This document shows positions 10,391 to 21,010 of a stretch of DNA of 64,000 bases, piece after piece; the first letter of the stretch is position 1, and every line of letters starts with the position of its first letter. Origin of the DNA: an uncultured Candidatus Binatia bacterium. Lineage in GTDB: Bacteria; Desulfobacterota; Binatia; UBA9968; CAXXLF01. Under the pieces are notes generated by a model, which was given only the letters and a program-made list of their open reading frames with translations, had not been told where the DNA came from and searched no databases. The stretch covers positions 160,001-224,000 of the forward strand of contig OZ244621.1 of the NCBI GenBank assembly GCA_965218425.1, read 5' to 3'. Position numbers and translations under genes: made by a program.

Positions 10391-11491
10391 ATGTCACTCC
10401 TTTTGAGGTTTCCCCTGGTAGTGCTCCTTTTTGTTGTATTTCATGCCGGGGGAGCTGCAAAATCTGGCGCACAACAGGACTGGCAGGCAATTGTAGAGGG
10501 AGCAAAGAAGGAAGGAAAAATTGTCATCATGGGCCCACCCGGGGCCAACAGCCGGAACGCTCTTACTCGCGGCTTCAGGAAGGCCTACGGCATTAAAGTC
10601 GTGTACGAAGGCGCTTTTGGCTCGAGACATGCAGCCAAGCTTCATGCCGAGCGCGGTGGCAGGAAATACCGCGTGGATATTCATGTCGGAGGTCCAACGA
10701 CACCTACGGTAGATTTTCTGCCCACTGGTGTAATTGATCCCATTCACGCTTATTTGGTTGGACCAGAATCGAGTGATTTTTCCCAGTGGATGGGAGGCAA
10801 AGCAGCATTTGTCGATGAGACGGAGAGGTACATCTTGGTTTTCACTACCAAAGTTAACCAGCCTCTGGCGTACAATCCCCGCAAGACTTCCTTAAAGAAG
10901 ATACGGTCGTGGCGTGATTTTTTGGATCCAAGATGGAAAGGCAAAATCGTTATGCACGACCCCAGGATCTCGGGACCCGGCGCAGGAGTGGCCGCTTCGT
11001 GGTACACGGCTGAAAACCTAGGTGAAAAATTCATCCGCCAAATGCTCATCCAACAAAAGGTCACTTTTTCTCGACGGTCTCGGCAGGTTCTCGAGTGGAT
11101 CGTTCAGGGGAGGTTCCCTGTTGCGATAGCACCAAGCGATCTGCGCGCAACAGAGATGCAACGTCAGGGATTGCCCATTAAGCTTCGGGGAAGTGATACG
11201 CTGAAAGAAGGAGGCTGGCTGACTTCTGCCTTCGGAAACGTGATGGTCATCAACAGGGCCCCGCACCCGAACGCTGTAAAAATATACTTAAATTGGCTGC
11301 TATCGCGGGAAGGGCAAACCGCGTGGGTGAAAGGCACAAGTTATGTTAGCAGGCGACTCGATGTGACGCGGGAAGGACTGGTTGGTGTACCTCAAGAGGG
11401 TGTGAAATATGTCGAGAGGTATCACGAGAAATATCAACGCATAAGCGGCAAAATACGCTCGCTCACCAGAACCATCCTCCAACGCCGTTAA
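10391..11491 (+). CDS. ABC transporter extracellular solute-binding protein
   Basis: Signal peptide after M10391 (start uncertain, 10328 possible); GAKKEGKI, LDPRWKGKI, APHPNAVKIYLNWLLSREGQ. Confidence 0.85.
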   Translation: MSLLLRFPLVVLLFVVFHAGGAAKSGAQQDWQAIVEGAKKEGKIVIMGPPGANSRNALTRGFRKAYGIKVVYEGAFGSRHAAKLHAERGGRKYRVDIHVGGPTTPTVDFLPTGVIDPIHAYLVGPESSDFSQWMGGKAAFVDETERYILVFTTKVNQPLAYNPRKTSLKKIRSWRDFLDPRWKGKIVMHDPRISGPGAGVAASWYTAENLGEKFIRQMLIQQKVTFSRRSRQVLEWIVQGRFPVAIAPSDLRATEMQRQGLPIKLRGSDTLKEGGWLTSAFGNVMVINRAPHPNAVKIYLNWLLSREGQTAWVKGTSYVSRRLDVTREGLVGVPQEGVKYVERYHEKYQRISGKIRSLTRTILQRR

Positions 11492-11548
11492 GGTTGAATG
11501 TGAAGCGTAACTGTGACGAATCGAAACTTTTGAACCCACATCCTCTCT

Positions 11549-13291
11549 TTGAGTCTCGTGGATAAAACTTCTGTTGCGACGAGACCTCTTCTCCATCGGT
11601 GGTCTGTCCCCCAGAGCGCGTCCACGGCATTGATGACTCTCTTGCTGGGCCTGGTCATCCTGTTAGTGATGACGCCTCTGGTAGTGATGTTTATTGGAAG
11701 CTTTCAGCTCGGGCGACCTGGACAGCCTTCTGTTTATGGCCTCGACGGCTGGTGGCAGGCATTCGCCGACCCGACGATTTTGAACACACTGGTAAATACT
11801 GTACTTCTCGCTGTGACTCGCCAGGCCTTTGCTCTCGTCTTGGGAGTAGCCTTTGCTTGGCTCATTGCAAGGACAGACCTGCCCTGGAATGGCGTTCTGG
11901 AATTTATGTTTTGGCTGTCTTTCTTTCTACCCTCATTGCCTATCGCCCTAGGATGGCTCCTTGTTTTTGATCCCTATTACGGCCTGGCTAACCGTCTGGT
12001 TGAGATGTTTCCGTTCATCGATGGGCCGCTTTTCAATCTGTATTCGTTTTGGGGGATTACCTTTGTCCACCTTACCGCATCTACGATCGGGGTAAAGGTG
12101 TTACTCTTGACGCCTGCCTTCCGTAATATGGATGCGTCTCTGGAGGATTCATCTCGGGTCCATGGAGCAAGTACTCTAATGACGGTTTTTCGAATCACGA
12201 TGCCGGTTATGGCCCCAGCGATTCTGGTTTCTACAATCCTGGGACTGATTCGATCGTTGGAAGCCTTCGAGATTGAGCTGCTGCTCGGCGTTCCCGTGGG
12301 CTTGCACGTCTACTCAACAAAGATTCATGAGCTTGTCACGTTCGAACCCCCTGAATTTGCACCTGCTAGCGCATTGGGGTCCATATTTCTATTTGTTTTG
12401 TTGATTTTGGTTGCCGTCCAGCGAGGCTACGTTGGAGGCAGGAGCTATCATACAGTACGGGGCCAAGGCTTCTCCACGAACAAAATCCAGTTAGGTCGCT
12501 GGCGGTACCCGATTTTTGCCTTTGTACTGCTTACAGCCATAACCACCACAGTGATCCCAGTAATCTTTTTGGTATTGGTGACCTTCATGAATTCTTTTGG
12601 CCACTTCGACATCCCGGAGCCGTGGACACTGGAAAATTGGCGTGGCGTGTTGGACGATCCTATTCTTGCCAGCTCCTTTACCAACACTTTACTGGTCGGC
12701 ACGGGTGCCGCACTTGTGGGAATCTTTTTTTATTCCTTGATCGCTTACGTGGTCGTAAAAAGCCGGTTTACCGGCCGCGGTGTACTCGATTTTGTCTCAT
12801 GGTTACCCTGGGCGATCCCGGGAATTTTGCTCAGTTTGGCGCTGCTATGGACGGTTTTTCAGACACATATCCTGACAGAACTTTACGGTACCCTATACCT
12901 GCTGGTCCTCGCTATGGTTATCAAGAGCATGCCAGTGGGGGTCCAGCTCACGCGGAGCGTTTTGCTTCAGCTGAGCAATGAACTCGAAGAGGCCTCCAGG
13001 ACGTGCGGTGCAAGTTGGACACAGACATACCGCCGCATTGTACTGCCCACTCTCTTTCCCACCCTGGTTGTCGTTGGGCTACTGATCTTCGTATCCGTGG
13101 CCCGAGATATTAGCACAGTGGTACTTCTGGGGACTGGTGCCTCGCGAACGGTTGCTTTGGTTGCCCTGGACTATACGTCCGAGGGTGCTTTAGAAAAAGG
13201 AGCAGTCGCAGCCCTAATTACAGTTGTTCTCGTAGTGTTGGCGGTACTTCCGGCGAGAATCTTTGGAGGTCGGATTGGAATTACCCGCTGA
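11549..13291 (+). CDS. ABC transporter permease (FbpB-like)
   Basis: Paralog of 8183..9928; EAA-like loops; start uncertain. Confidence 0.88.
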   Translation: MSLVDKTSVATRPLLHRWSVPQSASTALMTLLLGLVILLVMTPLVVMFIGSFQLGRPGQPSVYGLDGWWQAFADPTILNTLVNTVLLAVTRQAFALVLGVAFAWLIARTDLPWNGVLEFMFWLSFFLPSLPIALGWLLVFDPYYGLANRLVEMFPFIDGPLFNLYSFWGITFVHLTASTIGVKVLLLTPAFRNMDASLEDSSRVHGASTLMTVFRITMPVMAPAILVSTILGLIRSLEAFEIELLLGVPVGLHVYSTKIHELVTFEPPEFAPASALGSIFLFVLLILVAVQRGYVGGRSYHTVRGQGFSTNKIQLGRWRYPIFAFVLLTAITTTVIPVIFLVLVTFMNSFGHFDIPEPWTLENWRGVLDDPILASSFTNTLLVGTGAALVGIFFYSLIAYVVVKSRFTGRGVLDFVSWLPWAIPGILLSLALLWTVFQTHILTELYGTLYLLVLAMVIKSMPVGVQLTRSVLLQLSNELEEASRTCGASWTQTYRRIVLPTLFPTLVVVGLLIFVSVARDISTVVLLGTGASRTVALVALDYTSEGALEKGAVAALITVVLVVLAVLPARIFGGRIGITR

Positions 13292-13338
13292 TTGATCTAA
13301 ACAGCCGCGAATAGTCCAAGGTACATTAAGAAGGGCCA

Positions 13339-14490
13339 ATGAAAATGTCGTATCGGATTATTTCTTCAGATTCGCATCTGGAAATCTCCCCGGAACGGTG
13401 GTCAAACCGTGTTCCAAAAAGTTACCGCGATCGAGCACCTCGTTTGGTGAAACTCGCAAATGGCGGTGACGCAATTGTGGTAGAGAACCGGCCACTAAAC
13501 GTAGTGGGCCTTGCGGTTACCGGGAAAGGCTACCAGGAATTTTTACCGACCGGAGTGAGCTACGAAGGGAACATTGGCACCGGTAGTCCTGAACAGCGTT
13601 TGCGGGAACAAGACACCGATGGGGTTGACGCGGAAGTGCTTTTCACGGGCCCGGGCACTGTCCTGTTTTTGCGCGGCATCGCTGACGATGGAGCGCTCAA
13701 TGCGGTCATTCATGCCTACAACGAGTTCTTAGCCGAGGAGTACTGCGCCGAGTCCCGGGACCGACTTCTCGCCATGGGGGTTATTCCGCCCACCTGCGTA
13801 GACGATGCTGTCAAAGAAATGGAGTACTGCGCCCGCGCAGGCTTGAAGGGAGTCATGCTTGCGACGTTTCCTAGTGGCCGAGGAGTGCCGAGCGTCGAAG
13901 ATAATCGGTTTTGGGACGCGGCGGTGAACCTAAACATACCGCTCACAGTCCACGTGAGACTCCTGCGAAATGAACCTTACGCTTTTATGTATAAGCGGAA
14001 ACCGTCCGAAGCAGAAACTTTCGCTACCGACCCGGTCTTTAATCTGACGCGATTTGCAGGCGAAACGGCTCTGAATGCTGTGCAGTTGATTTTGGCGGGG
14101 GTATTCGACCGCTTCCCGAGTCTCAAAATCTACTGGGCGGAAACCATGATCGGTTGGCTTCCGTACTTTCTCATGCAGCTCGACGATAACTACGAACGGA
14201 CACGGTACTGGGCAGAACGTTTCTACGGATTGGAACCGCCGCCGCGACCGCTAAGCGAATACATTCGACAGCATTGCTGGTGGGGTTTTCTTAAAGATCC
14301 CTTTGGTGTCGAGATGCGCCACCGCGTAGGAGTCGAGCATGTTATGTGGGGCAGCGATTTCCCCCATTCTGCGGGTAACTGGCCGCATTCTCGTAAGCTT
14401 ATCGAGGAAATGTTCGCCGGTGTCCCCGAGGAGGAGCGCCACCGGATGTTAGTAGGCAACTCCGTTGAATTTTTTCATCTCGAGAACTAA
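13339..14490 (+). CDS. Amidohydrolase family protein (Amidohydro_2)
   Basis: ISSDSH, AYNEFLAE, MWGSDFPH motifs. Confidence 0.9.
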   Translation: MKMSYRIISSDSHLEISPERWSNRVPKSYRDRAPRLVKLANGGDAIVVENRPLNVVGLAVTGKGYQEFLPTGVSYEGNIGTGSPEQRLREQDTDGVDAEVLFTGPGTVLFLRGIADDGALNAVIHAYNEFLAEEYCAESRDRLLAMGVIPPTCVDDAVKEMEYCARAGLKGVMLATFPSGRGVPSVEDNRFWDAAVNLNIPLTVHVRLLRNEPYAFMYKRKPSEAETFATDPVFNLTRFAGETALNAVQLILAGVFDRFPSLKIYWAETMIGWLPYFLMQLDDNYERTRYWAERFYGLEPPPRPLSEYIRQHCWWGFLKDPFGVEMRHRVGVEHVMWGSDFPHSAGNWPHSRKLIEEMFAGVPEEERHRMLVGNSVEFFHLEN

Positions 14491-14684
14491 CCTCCTGACC
14501 GCTGCTCCGATAACATTGATCACCAACAAACAGATGCCGTAATCTTTTTCCCTGTCCAGCTCAGGCGAATTCTCCAATTGAGATCCGGACTTATCCAGAC
14601 TAGGATGTGTTGACAGAAGTTTCGAATTGGTATTGGTATAGGAGAGGCTGATTTTTTCGCATACCGATTAGGAGAGAGAGCGTT

Positions 14685-15542
14685 ATGTCTAGCTCTTCTG
14701 TTTCAAGAAATTCAGGAGTTAGAGAAAGAAAAGGTAAAAACAGCAGCGTGGTTCCGCGCCGCTACTCCTCAGCGGAAGCACAGAAGATCGTTGATGAAGC
14801 TTGGGAATTTGCATTAAAGGACGCCTTCAAGCGTATCTGGGAACATCCTTTCACGCGCGAACTTGAGGCGGGTACACTCCCCATCGAGATTGTCCGTGGA
14901 TTCATATGCAACTGGTACACTGCTGCGCAAGAGATCAACGCCGCCAGTGCGTTCGGATTCTTTTTCAACCGCCAACTTTACAATCAGATACCAGACCTTG
15001 AGGAAATTCGAGCCGAGGGAACGGCAGATGAGTTCTCCGCACCTGGACCAGGTGGACACCAGCGGACCATCGAAGCCGTTGCCAAAGCCCTGGGGATAAG
15101 CCGCGAGGAACTCATTAACTACCATCTCATTCCAGAGGCACGGGCATACTTAGACAACCTGGTATGCATTTTGGCAGAGCCCGGCAGAGGTGGGGGTATT
15201 AACGTTAACGAGGAGAGGCTTTCTGAGTGGTTCAAGATATGGAGCCGAAGCTTAGTTGAGCATTACGGCCTCACTCAAACCGATGTCTACTATTTCACTA
15301 TGCATAGCGAGGCTGATTCTCGCGGTGAGCATTTTGGGGGACCCGTGATTGGTGAGGATGTCTTAGGCCACGCGGATAGAAACCGATATATTGCAAGACG
15401 AATGCTGGAGGAAGGATTAGGACCACCAGACCCATTGCGGGTATGGAATCAAATTGCGAAGTCGGGGACAAACATGTTTCTGTTGTTACTCGATGGCTGC
15501 TATGAGCGCTATCATCCGAAGCTTATGAACAGACAAACATGA
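14685..15542 (+). CDS. Heme-oxygenase-like fold protein (PqqC/CADD/TenA-like), putative diiron oxidase
   Basis: HPF..L..G.L N-terminus; DEFSAPGPGGH, NEE, YFTMHSEADSRGEH candidate metal ligands. Confidence 0.7.
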   Translation: MSSSSVSRNSGVRERKGKNSSVVPRRYSSAEAQKIVDEAWEFALKDAFKRIWEHPFTRELEAGTLPIEIVRGFICNWYTAAQEINAASAFGFFFNRQLYNQIPDLEEIRAEGTADEFSAPGPGGHQRTIEAVAKALGISREELINYHLIPEARAYLDNLVCILAEPGRGGGINVNEERLSEWFKIWSRSLVEHYGLTQTDVYYFTMHSEADSRGEHFGGPVIGEDVLGHADRNRYIARRMLEEGLGPPDPLRVWNQIAKSGTNMFLLLLDGCYERYHPKLMNRQT

Positions 15543-15634
15543 ATTGACTCGTCGTCCTGGTTCCTCGGGTTAAAGATTTTTTAAACTTAAGCGAGTAATC
15601 TCCCACATACGATAGAATCTAACCGCTAGGTCCG

Positions 15635-16402
15635 ATGGCAGAGTTTGCTACTACATCGATCTCTGTAACCGAAGAGGAAGCTCAGAAATGGGCAGAAGAG
15701 TGGGTAAACCACTGGAGCGAACTGGCCCAGGAGATTATCCATTCTCACCCGTTCATGACGAAGCTTCAAAAGGACCAACTGACCTTGGCAGGAGTGCAAC
15801 AGTTTACAGAGAACTGGTACCATTGGGTACGGGCCATGGGGATGAGCGGAGCCGGCCTATACCATCGCCACTTGACCGTGTTCAAACACCATCCAGACCT
15901 TGATGCTCACGTCCTGGACCGGATTGCCCAGGAGCTTGTACGACCAGTCAAGGCCGGACATGGACGCGCACTCGAGGCCCTGTTCCCAAGCTTGCGAATC
16001 CACAACCTCCAGAGGCAGATACCGAATCTGATTCCTGAGATGAGAGGGCTAATTGCCTTTGTACGACGTTTGCACCTGGAAGGCACATTCGCAGAGGTTC
16101 ATTCCTGCCAATACGGACCGAATATTGCTCCTTTCGCAAAGATCTGGGTGGAGGCCCTAAGTAAGCATTACGGGGTCCCCTCAAACGCGACCCTTTATTG
16201 GCGGGATTACTGCGATTATGACACCCGACCGGCGGGCGGCGGGATCCTGGGAACGCGCGAGGAAAACCTGTTTGTTTTACGCAGGATTAAAGAACTGGGG
16301 TTACTAGAAGAACGACCGGGCTGGGGGATGATATACACGGCTGAGATGAGTCTACGTATGTGGGAGCTGTTTCTGAACGGCTGTCATAAAACGTTCAGCT
16401 AA
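15635..16402 (+). CDS. Heme-oxygenase-like fold protein, paralog of the upstream gene
   Basis: HPFMTKL, NWY, QELVRPVKAGH, LIPE and L..HYG shared with 14685..15542. Confidence 0.65.
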   Translation: MAEFATTSISVTEEEAQKWAEEWVNHWSELAQEIIHSHPFMTKLQKDQLTLAGVQQFTENWYHWVRAMGMSGAGLYHRHLTVFKHHPDLDAHVLDRIAQELVRPVKAGHGRALEALFPSLRIHNLQRQIPNLIPEMRGLIAFVRRLHLEGTFAEVHSCQYGPNIAPFAKIWVEALSKHYGVPSNATLYWRDYCDYDTRPAGGGILGTREENLFVLRRIKELGLLEERPGWGMIYTAEMSLRMWELFLNGCHKTFS

Positions 16403-16417
16403 CCGCCAAGAGGGAAC

Positions 16418-17510
16418 TATTGATCCTCGTATAATATAATGACATCAGAAAAGGCTGGACTGTTTCCAGAAGGCGGTAACGAGACGAGGCCTGCGGCGCA
16501 TTCGGCAAAGGGCGCGACGAGCATGGTGGCTGAGTTGAGCGAAGTCCTTGGCACAGAAGTTGGGCAGTTCATGATGCTTCCAGTATCCCCAGAGGTATTC
16601 GACGGGATTCAGTTCCGGTGCATAGGCCGGCAACCGTTCCAGCACCAACGCGCCTTCGGTAGCGGCAACAAAGTCCCGAACCAACCGGCTCTGGTGGCTG
16701 GGCAGTCCGTCCCACACTACCAGCAGCGGCCCGGAAACATGACGCATCAAGTGCTTCAGGAATTCGATGATCTGGGGGCTCTTGATGGCTCCCGGATACA
16801 CTCGAAAGTACAAGCGCCACCAGGTGACTCCGGCGATGGCCGACAGACTCTTCCAGTTGAAGTGATATTGCAGCACTGGCGTCTGTCCTCGGGGCGACCA
16901 CGTACGATACCGATTCGGCCGCTCGCTCAGCCCGCTTTCGTCCACGAACACTATGGTTCGCCCCTCGTTTCGGGCTTTTTTTTAATCTCCGGCCAGCGCT
17001 TCTTCTTCCACTGCCGGATCGCCTCTTCATCTCGTTCCAAGGCACGTCCCGTCGGCCGCTGGCAACTCCACCCCAACTGCCGCAATATCCGCCAAACATG
17101 GCCCGGATGGTATGTGACTCCGCAGGCTTCCCCAATCAAGTGGGCCACTCGCCTTGCGGTCCACAGGCTCGTGTCGTACCCCAGCGCTTCGGGTCCCCGT
17201 TTCAAACCGCCCTCGATCTTCTTCAGATCCGCCGGGCTCAGTCGCGGCTTGCGTCCGGCACGCCCCGCCTGCTTGAGCCCGGCTCTGCCGCTCTCGGCCA
17301 ACTGCCGCGCCCATCGATTCACCGACTGGCGGTGCGCTCCCACCCAACGCGCCACCTCCGCCTCCGACAGCCCTCGCTTCAACAGCCTCCCCGCCTCCAT
17401 CCGCCGCCGCTCCAATGCTTCAAAGTCCCGTCGCACTCCAAGTGGGTTTCCCATACCACCACTATACATTAGTTCTTATCCAATGTTACTATATTATGCG
17501 GTTCTCAATA
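16418..17510 (-). mobile_element. IS630 family insertion sequence, copy 2
   Basis: 1093 bp including flanking TA; near-identical to copies 1 and 3; ORFs 16951..17469 and 16445..16951. Confidence 0.95.
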
Positions 17511-17664
17511 GTGCCGGTGCCCGACCTCTGCTGGGTCACATCCGTCCATTGTCTTTCTGATACCAAAATTGCCGCCTAAAAGCTGAAATTGGTCTTTATC
17601 GAAATATTCAGTACTTATTCCAGTGTTTGCCTTGATCCAACCCCGCGCGCCTTTTTAGGGGACG

Positions 17665-18717
17665 TCAGAGCCCGTACAGAGCTTTTGGGTTATTCTCGAG
17701 GATTTTGTTAATCGACTCGCCAGCGATTTTACCATCTGCTTTTATTTTCCTCAGCGCGTTGAGTTCCGTGGCGGTATCGTCGTGCCCATAATCAGTTCCC
17801 ACGACGAGATTATCGTCTCCTACGTGCTCCAAAATATAGGGAAGGTCATCACTAGTTTGGCAGGCCACGTAGATACGGTTCTCCTTGAGGAATTCCGTGC
17901 CGGGCCAAGCCTTACCTCGCTTTCGGTAGCCGATCTCTAAGTGGTTCATCACGTAGGGGACCCACTCGGCACTGACCTCGAAAAAGGCCCAGCCCAAGTC
18001 TGGGAACTTGTTCGGCAAGCCGGCGAGGAGGACGCTGCCAAAGAAGTTGATGGGACCGAACTTGAACTGGCCTAGGCTAGATCCCCGGCCAAGGATGTCG
18101 ACCATGTCCAGGTTCCCTTGTGAGGCATGGACACAGATCGGCATCCCTAACCTACTTGCTTCTTCGTATAAAGGGAAGAAGTATGGGTCTGTTGGAAGCT
18201 TGTCTCCTTCGAGTCCTCGGATGAAGACGCCACAGGCTCCGTTCTTCTTGCCAACGTTTAATTCCTCGATGGACTTGTCAATGTAGTGAAGGGGGGGCAT
18301 CAGCACCCAGCGCAGGCGACCCTTGCCCGCTTTCCAAATATCGGCAAGCCAGCGGTTGTAGCTCATGCATAGAGCAGTGTCCACGTGGGGCAAGGAAGTG
18401 AGGGTTCGCAGAAAAAGGCTGGGATAGAGGACTTGAATTTCTACTCTTAGCTGGTCCATATGGGCTAGACGGGCTTGGACATCTTGCATCTCACGCGTTT
18501 CTGTCGCTGTGTCAAAACCGATGTTTGCGTCCTTACCGAAAACGCGCCCCCCGATCATCCAATACTCACTCGGGGAGAACCTAGTTAAAGACCTCTCTCG
18601 CTGCACTTCTTCTTTAAACACCATAACACGGGGCGCAAAAGCCCTCTCACTTTCACCCATGTATTCCCAGGTCCGTTCCCATTCGACTACGTGTGCGTCA
18701 GCATCAATGATTGCCAT
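17665..18717 (-). CDS. Amidohydrolase family protein (Amidohydro_2)
   Basis: IDADAH, YNRWLAD, GTDYGH. Confidence 0.9.
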   Translation of the reverse strand: MAIIDADAHVVEWERTWEYMGESERAFAPRVMVFKEEVQRERSLTRFSPSEYWMIGGRVFGKDANIGFDTATETREMQDVQARLAHMDQLRVEIQVLYPSLFLRTLTSLPHVDTALCMSYNRWLADIWKAGKGRLRWVLMPPLHYIDKSIEELNVGKKNGACGVFIRGLEGDKLPTDPYFFPLYEEASRLGMPICVHASQGNLDMVDILGRGSSLGQFKFGPINFFGSVLLAGLPNKFPDLGWAFFEVSAEWVPYVMNHLEIGYRKRGKAWPGTEFLKENRIYVACQTSDDLPYILEHVGDDNLVVGTDYGHDDTATELNALRKIKADGKIAGESINKILENNPKALYGL

Positions 18718-18813
18718 CGCCTCACCCTACCTTTCCCGTATCTTTGCACACAACATGTTAAATCTAATTAGTACCCACGCTAATGCGATTCCGGTGAAAA
18801 GTCTGCTAACATT

Positions 18814-20370
18814 TCATCGATCTAGCCATGTACGGCTCAACCCGCCGCCGAACCACTCGTAGGTGCCTTCGCGTATGCTTGTGAAGCCTTTCACATTATC
18901 GCGCATGCCGTAGTACCGATTAATAGCTGCGAAATAAATCGTTGGTACATCTTCCGTAAACTTGGTTAAGATTTGCTTAAAAAGCTCCCGCCGAGTCGAA
19001 GGATCCATTTCTCGCTCTGCCTTTTTGATAAGCGCATCCATGTCCGGGTCGCAATAACCCGTGAGGTTATTGATCCGCCGCTTCAGGTTGCGCTCACATG
19101 CAAGCTCCCTGCCGTAGGTATCTGATGGGTCAAAGTAGGTGCCCGAAGCACCAACCCGAAAGCTAAAATCTCCTTGGCGAGCGCTTTGTCTAGAGGCTCC
19201 CGACTCGAGCGGATTGACTTTCACTTTGATCCCAACCCGCTTGAGCTGAGCTTGTATGGTGGAAGCTAAAGACTGATTCACACTTGAATTTCCAGTAGCA
19301 AGTTCGATAATTTCACCATTATAAGTAGAATCCTTAAGAAACGCCTTCGCCTTGTTCATGTCATGCAACACAGATGGAATCTCATCGAAATACCACACAT
19401 CTCCCTTTCGGTATTTTTGCAGGGTCGGCTGACCAAGGCCAAAGAAGCTGGCCTGAATCAGCTCCTTCCGGTCAAGCGCGTGGGCTACAGCCTGGCGCAG
19501 CTTTTTATCGTTAAAAGGTGGTTGGGTTGTATTGAATTGGACTCTGTAGCGGACCGTGTCTCGCATTTCGAGGTACCTTAAACCCTTTACCTTACCTTTC
19601 ATAAGACGATGGACCCATTGGCTGGGAACTCGAACTATCAGGTCGACATCCCCGGAACGTAAAGCAACAAACCGTACAGTGGAATCCGGGATAGGACGGA
19701 TTATGACTTTGTCCAAATACGCTTTGCCACGCCAATAGTCCTCATTTCTTGCTACCACAAGTTTTTGATTCGATCGCCACTCGACGAATCTGAAGGCTCC
19801 AGTACCTGGTGGGAATGTGGCAGGTTTTCTTTTCCCCTCAGTGAGCGACTCTTTTGGAATAACAGAAAATGACTGGATGGTGGCAAGCGTAGGAATAAAC
19901 GCAGGAGTTGGAGCCTTGAGTGTGATCCGTAATGTATACTTTCCGGCGACCTCTATTCGATCTACCAGACGTAACCTTGTCCGACCAGAAGCTCCATTCT
20001 TGGGGTTCAGCGTGTAGTCCATGGCGAATTTTACATCTTCTGCTGTCATCTCTTGGCCGTTATGAAACTTGACGCCTTCGCGTAATTGGAAGGTGTATGT
20101 CTTCCCATCACCAGAAATGCGCCATGACTCTGCGAGATATGGCTGAATTTTCCCCCGTTCGTCTACTTCTAAAAGGGACTCAAACATGAGCCGGCGGACC
20201 CACTCGTTATGCGAAGAGGTCCTAACCAATGGATTCATGGTTGATATATCTCTGTGGGTGGCGAATGTCAGGGTGCCGCCGTATTTGGGATTTGCGTTGT
20301 CTGCGTTGGTGAAAAACGGAGTTGCAATTACCAGAGCAAACGAAAAAAGGATTGACAAAAAGTAGATCAT
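18814..20370 (-). CDS. Peptide/nickel ABC transporter substrate-binding protein (SBP family 5)
   Basis: PKYGGTL, LAESW, LREGVKFHNG, GTGAFRFVEW, FNDKKLRQAVAHALDR. Confidence 0.92.
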   Translation of the reverse strand: MIYFLSILFSFALVIATPFFTNADNANPKYGGTLTFATHRDISTMNPLVRTSSHNEWVRRLMFESLLEVDERGKIQPYLAESWRISGDGKTYTFQLREGVKFHNGQEMTAEDVKFAMDYTLNPKNGASGRTRLRLVDRIEVAGKYTLRITLKAPTPAFIPTLATIQSFSVIPKESLTEGKRKPATFPPGTGAFRFVEWRSNQKLVVARNEDYWRGKAYLDKVIIRPIPDSTVRFVALRSGDVDLIVRVPSQWVHRLMKGKVKGLRYLEMRDTVRYRVQFNTTQPPFNDKKLRQAVAHALDRKELIQASFFGLGQPTLQKYRKGDVWYFDEIPSVLHDMNKAKAFLKDSTYNGEIIELATGNSSVNQSLASTIQAQLKRVGIKVKVNPLESGASRQSARQGDFSFRVGASGTYFDPSDTYGRELACERNLKRRINNLTGYCDPDMDALIKKAEREMDPSTRRELFKQILTKFTEDVPTIYFAAINRYYGMRDNVKGFTSIREGTYEWFGGGLSRTWLDR

Positions 20371-20445
20371 TGTATGCCCTCCTCTGTCTGCATTAGCCGG
20401 GAAATACGCTTCTCAACATTCTATGTCAACATAATTACATAAACT

Positions 20446-20485
20446 AAAAAAGGCACCGGCGGCGTGATGCCTTGTCCCGGTGCCT
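20446..20485 (-). terminator. Putative intrinsic terminator
   Basis: Minus strand AGGCACCGG...CCGGTGCCT followed by a T-run. Confidence 0.5.
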
Positions 20486-20689
20486 GATCCTTCTGTATTG
20501 CCTCCATTAAATATATGTAAACCGCTGAATATAGGAGTATTTCTATAACCCCTTAGTCCGGCAAGAGCTTATTCCCAACATAGCCGACTTGTCAATAAGG
20601 GCTAATTGTCCGACTGAGCTAAGGGCGTCTTTTGGGCGTGAATAATATGAAGGGACGCTACTCCTGGCCGGGATGACCAGTCACAATTC

Positions 20690-21010
20690 GGCGATAATCT
20701 GCGTTCATCTGCGGTTAAGTATCTTTTATTCGTAGCTGAGATGAAAGCTGACGGCCAATAGCTATTTCCCCTCTGCGGTATACCCTTTGCGCTCCGTCTC
20801 TTGCTGCCTACTGCCATCTGCTTACTGTCTTTCTGTACGCCATGCGCTTCGCTCAATGCGTGCTTCGCTCTATACCCTCTGATCTTTGCTCTCTTCCCAC
20901 TGCTATCTGTTCCCTATCCCCCCACACCCTTCCCCACTCTGTACTCAGCACTCGTGATGCAGTGCCGATTGTGCTCTGTCCTTTGCGCCGTGCGCTATGC
21001 GCTTTGCTTC
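20690..21010. repeat. Degenerate 7-mer/9-mer short-repeat tract
   Basis: ATCTGCGTTCATCTGCGGTTAA, CTGCCTACTGCCATCTGCTTACTG, TTTGCGCCGTGCGCTATGCGCTTTGC. Confidence 0.6.

Noticed and set aside
16439..17560. 373-aa ORF (also 38150..39271 and 5697..6359)
   Set aside because: Antisense shadow of the IS630 transposase
20400..20600. Riboswitch upstream of the family-5 SBP
   Set aside because: Only a terminator-like hairpin is visible, no recognisable aptamer, and a TTGACA promoter candidate lies between it and the gene
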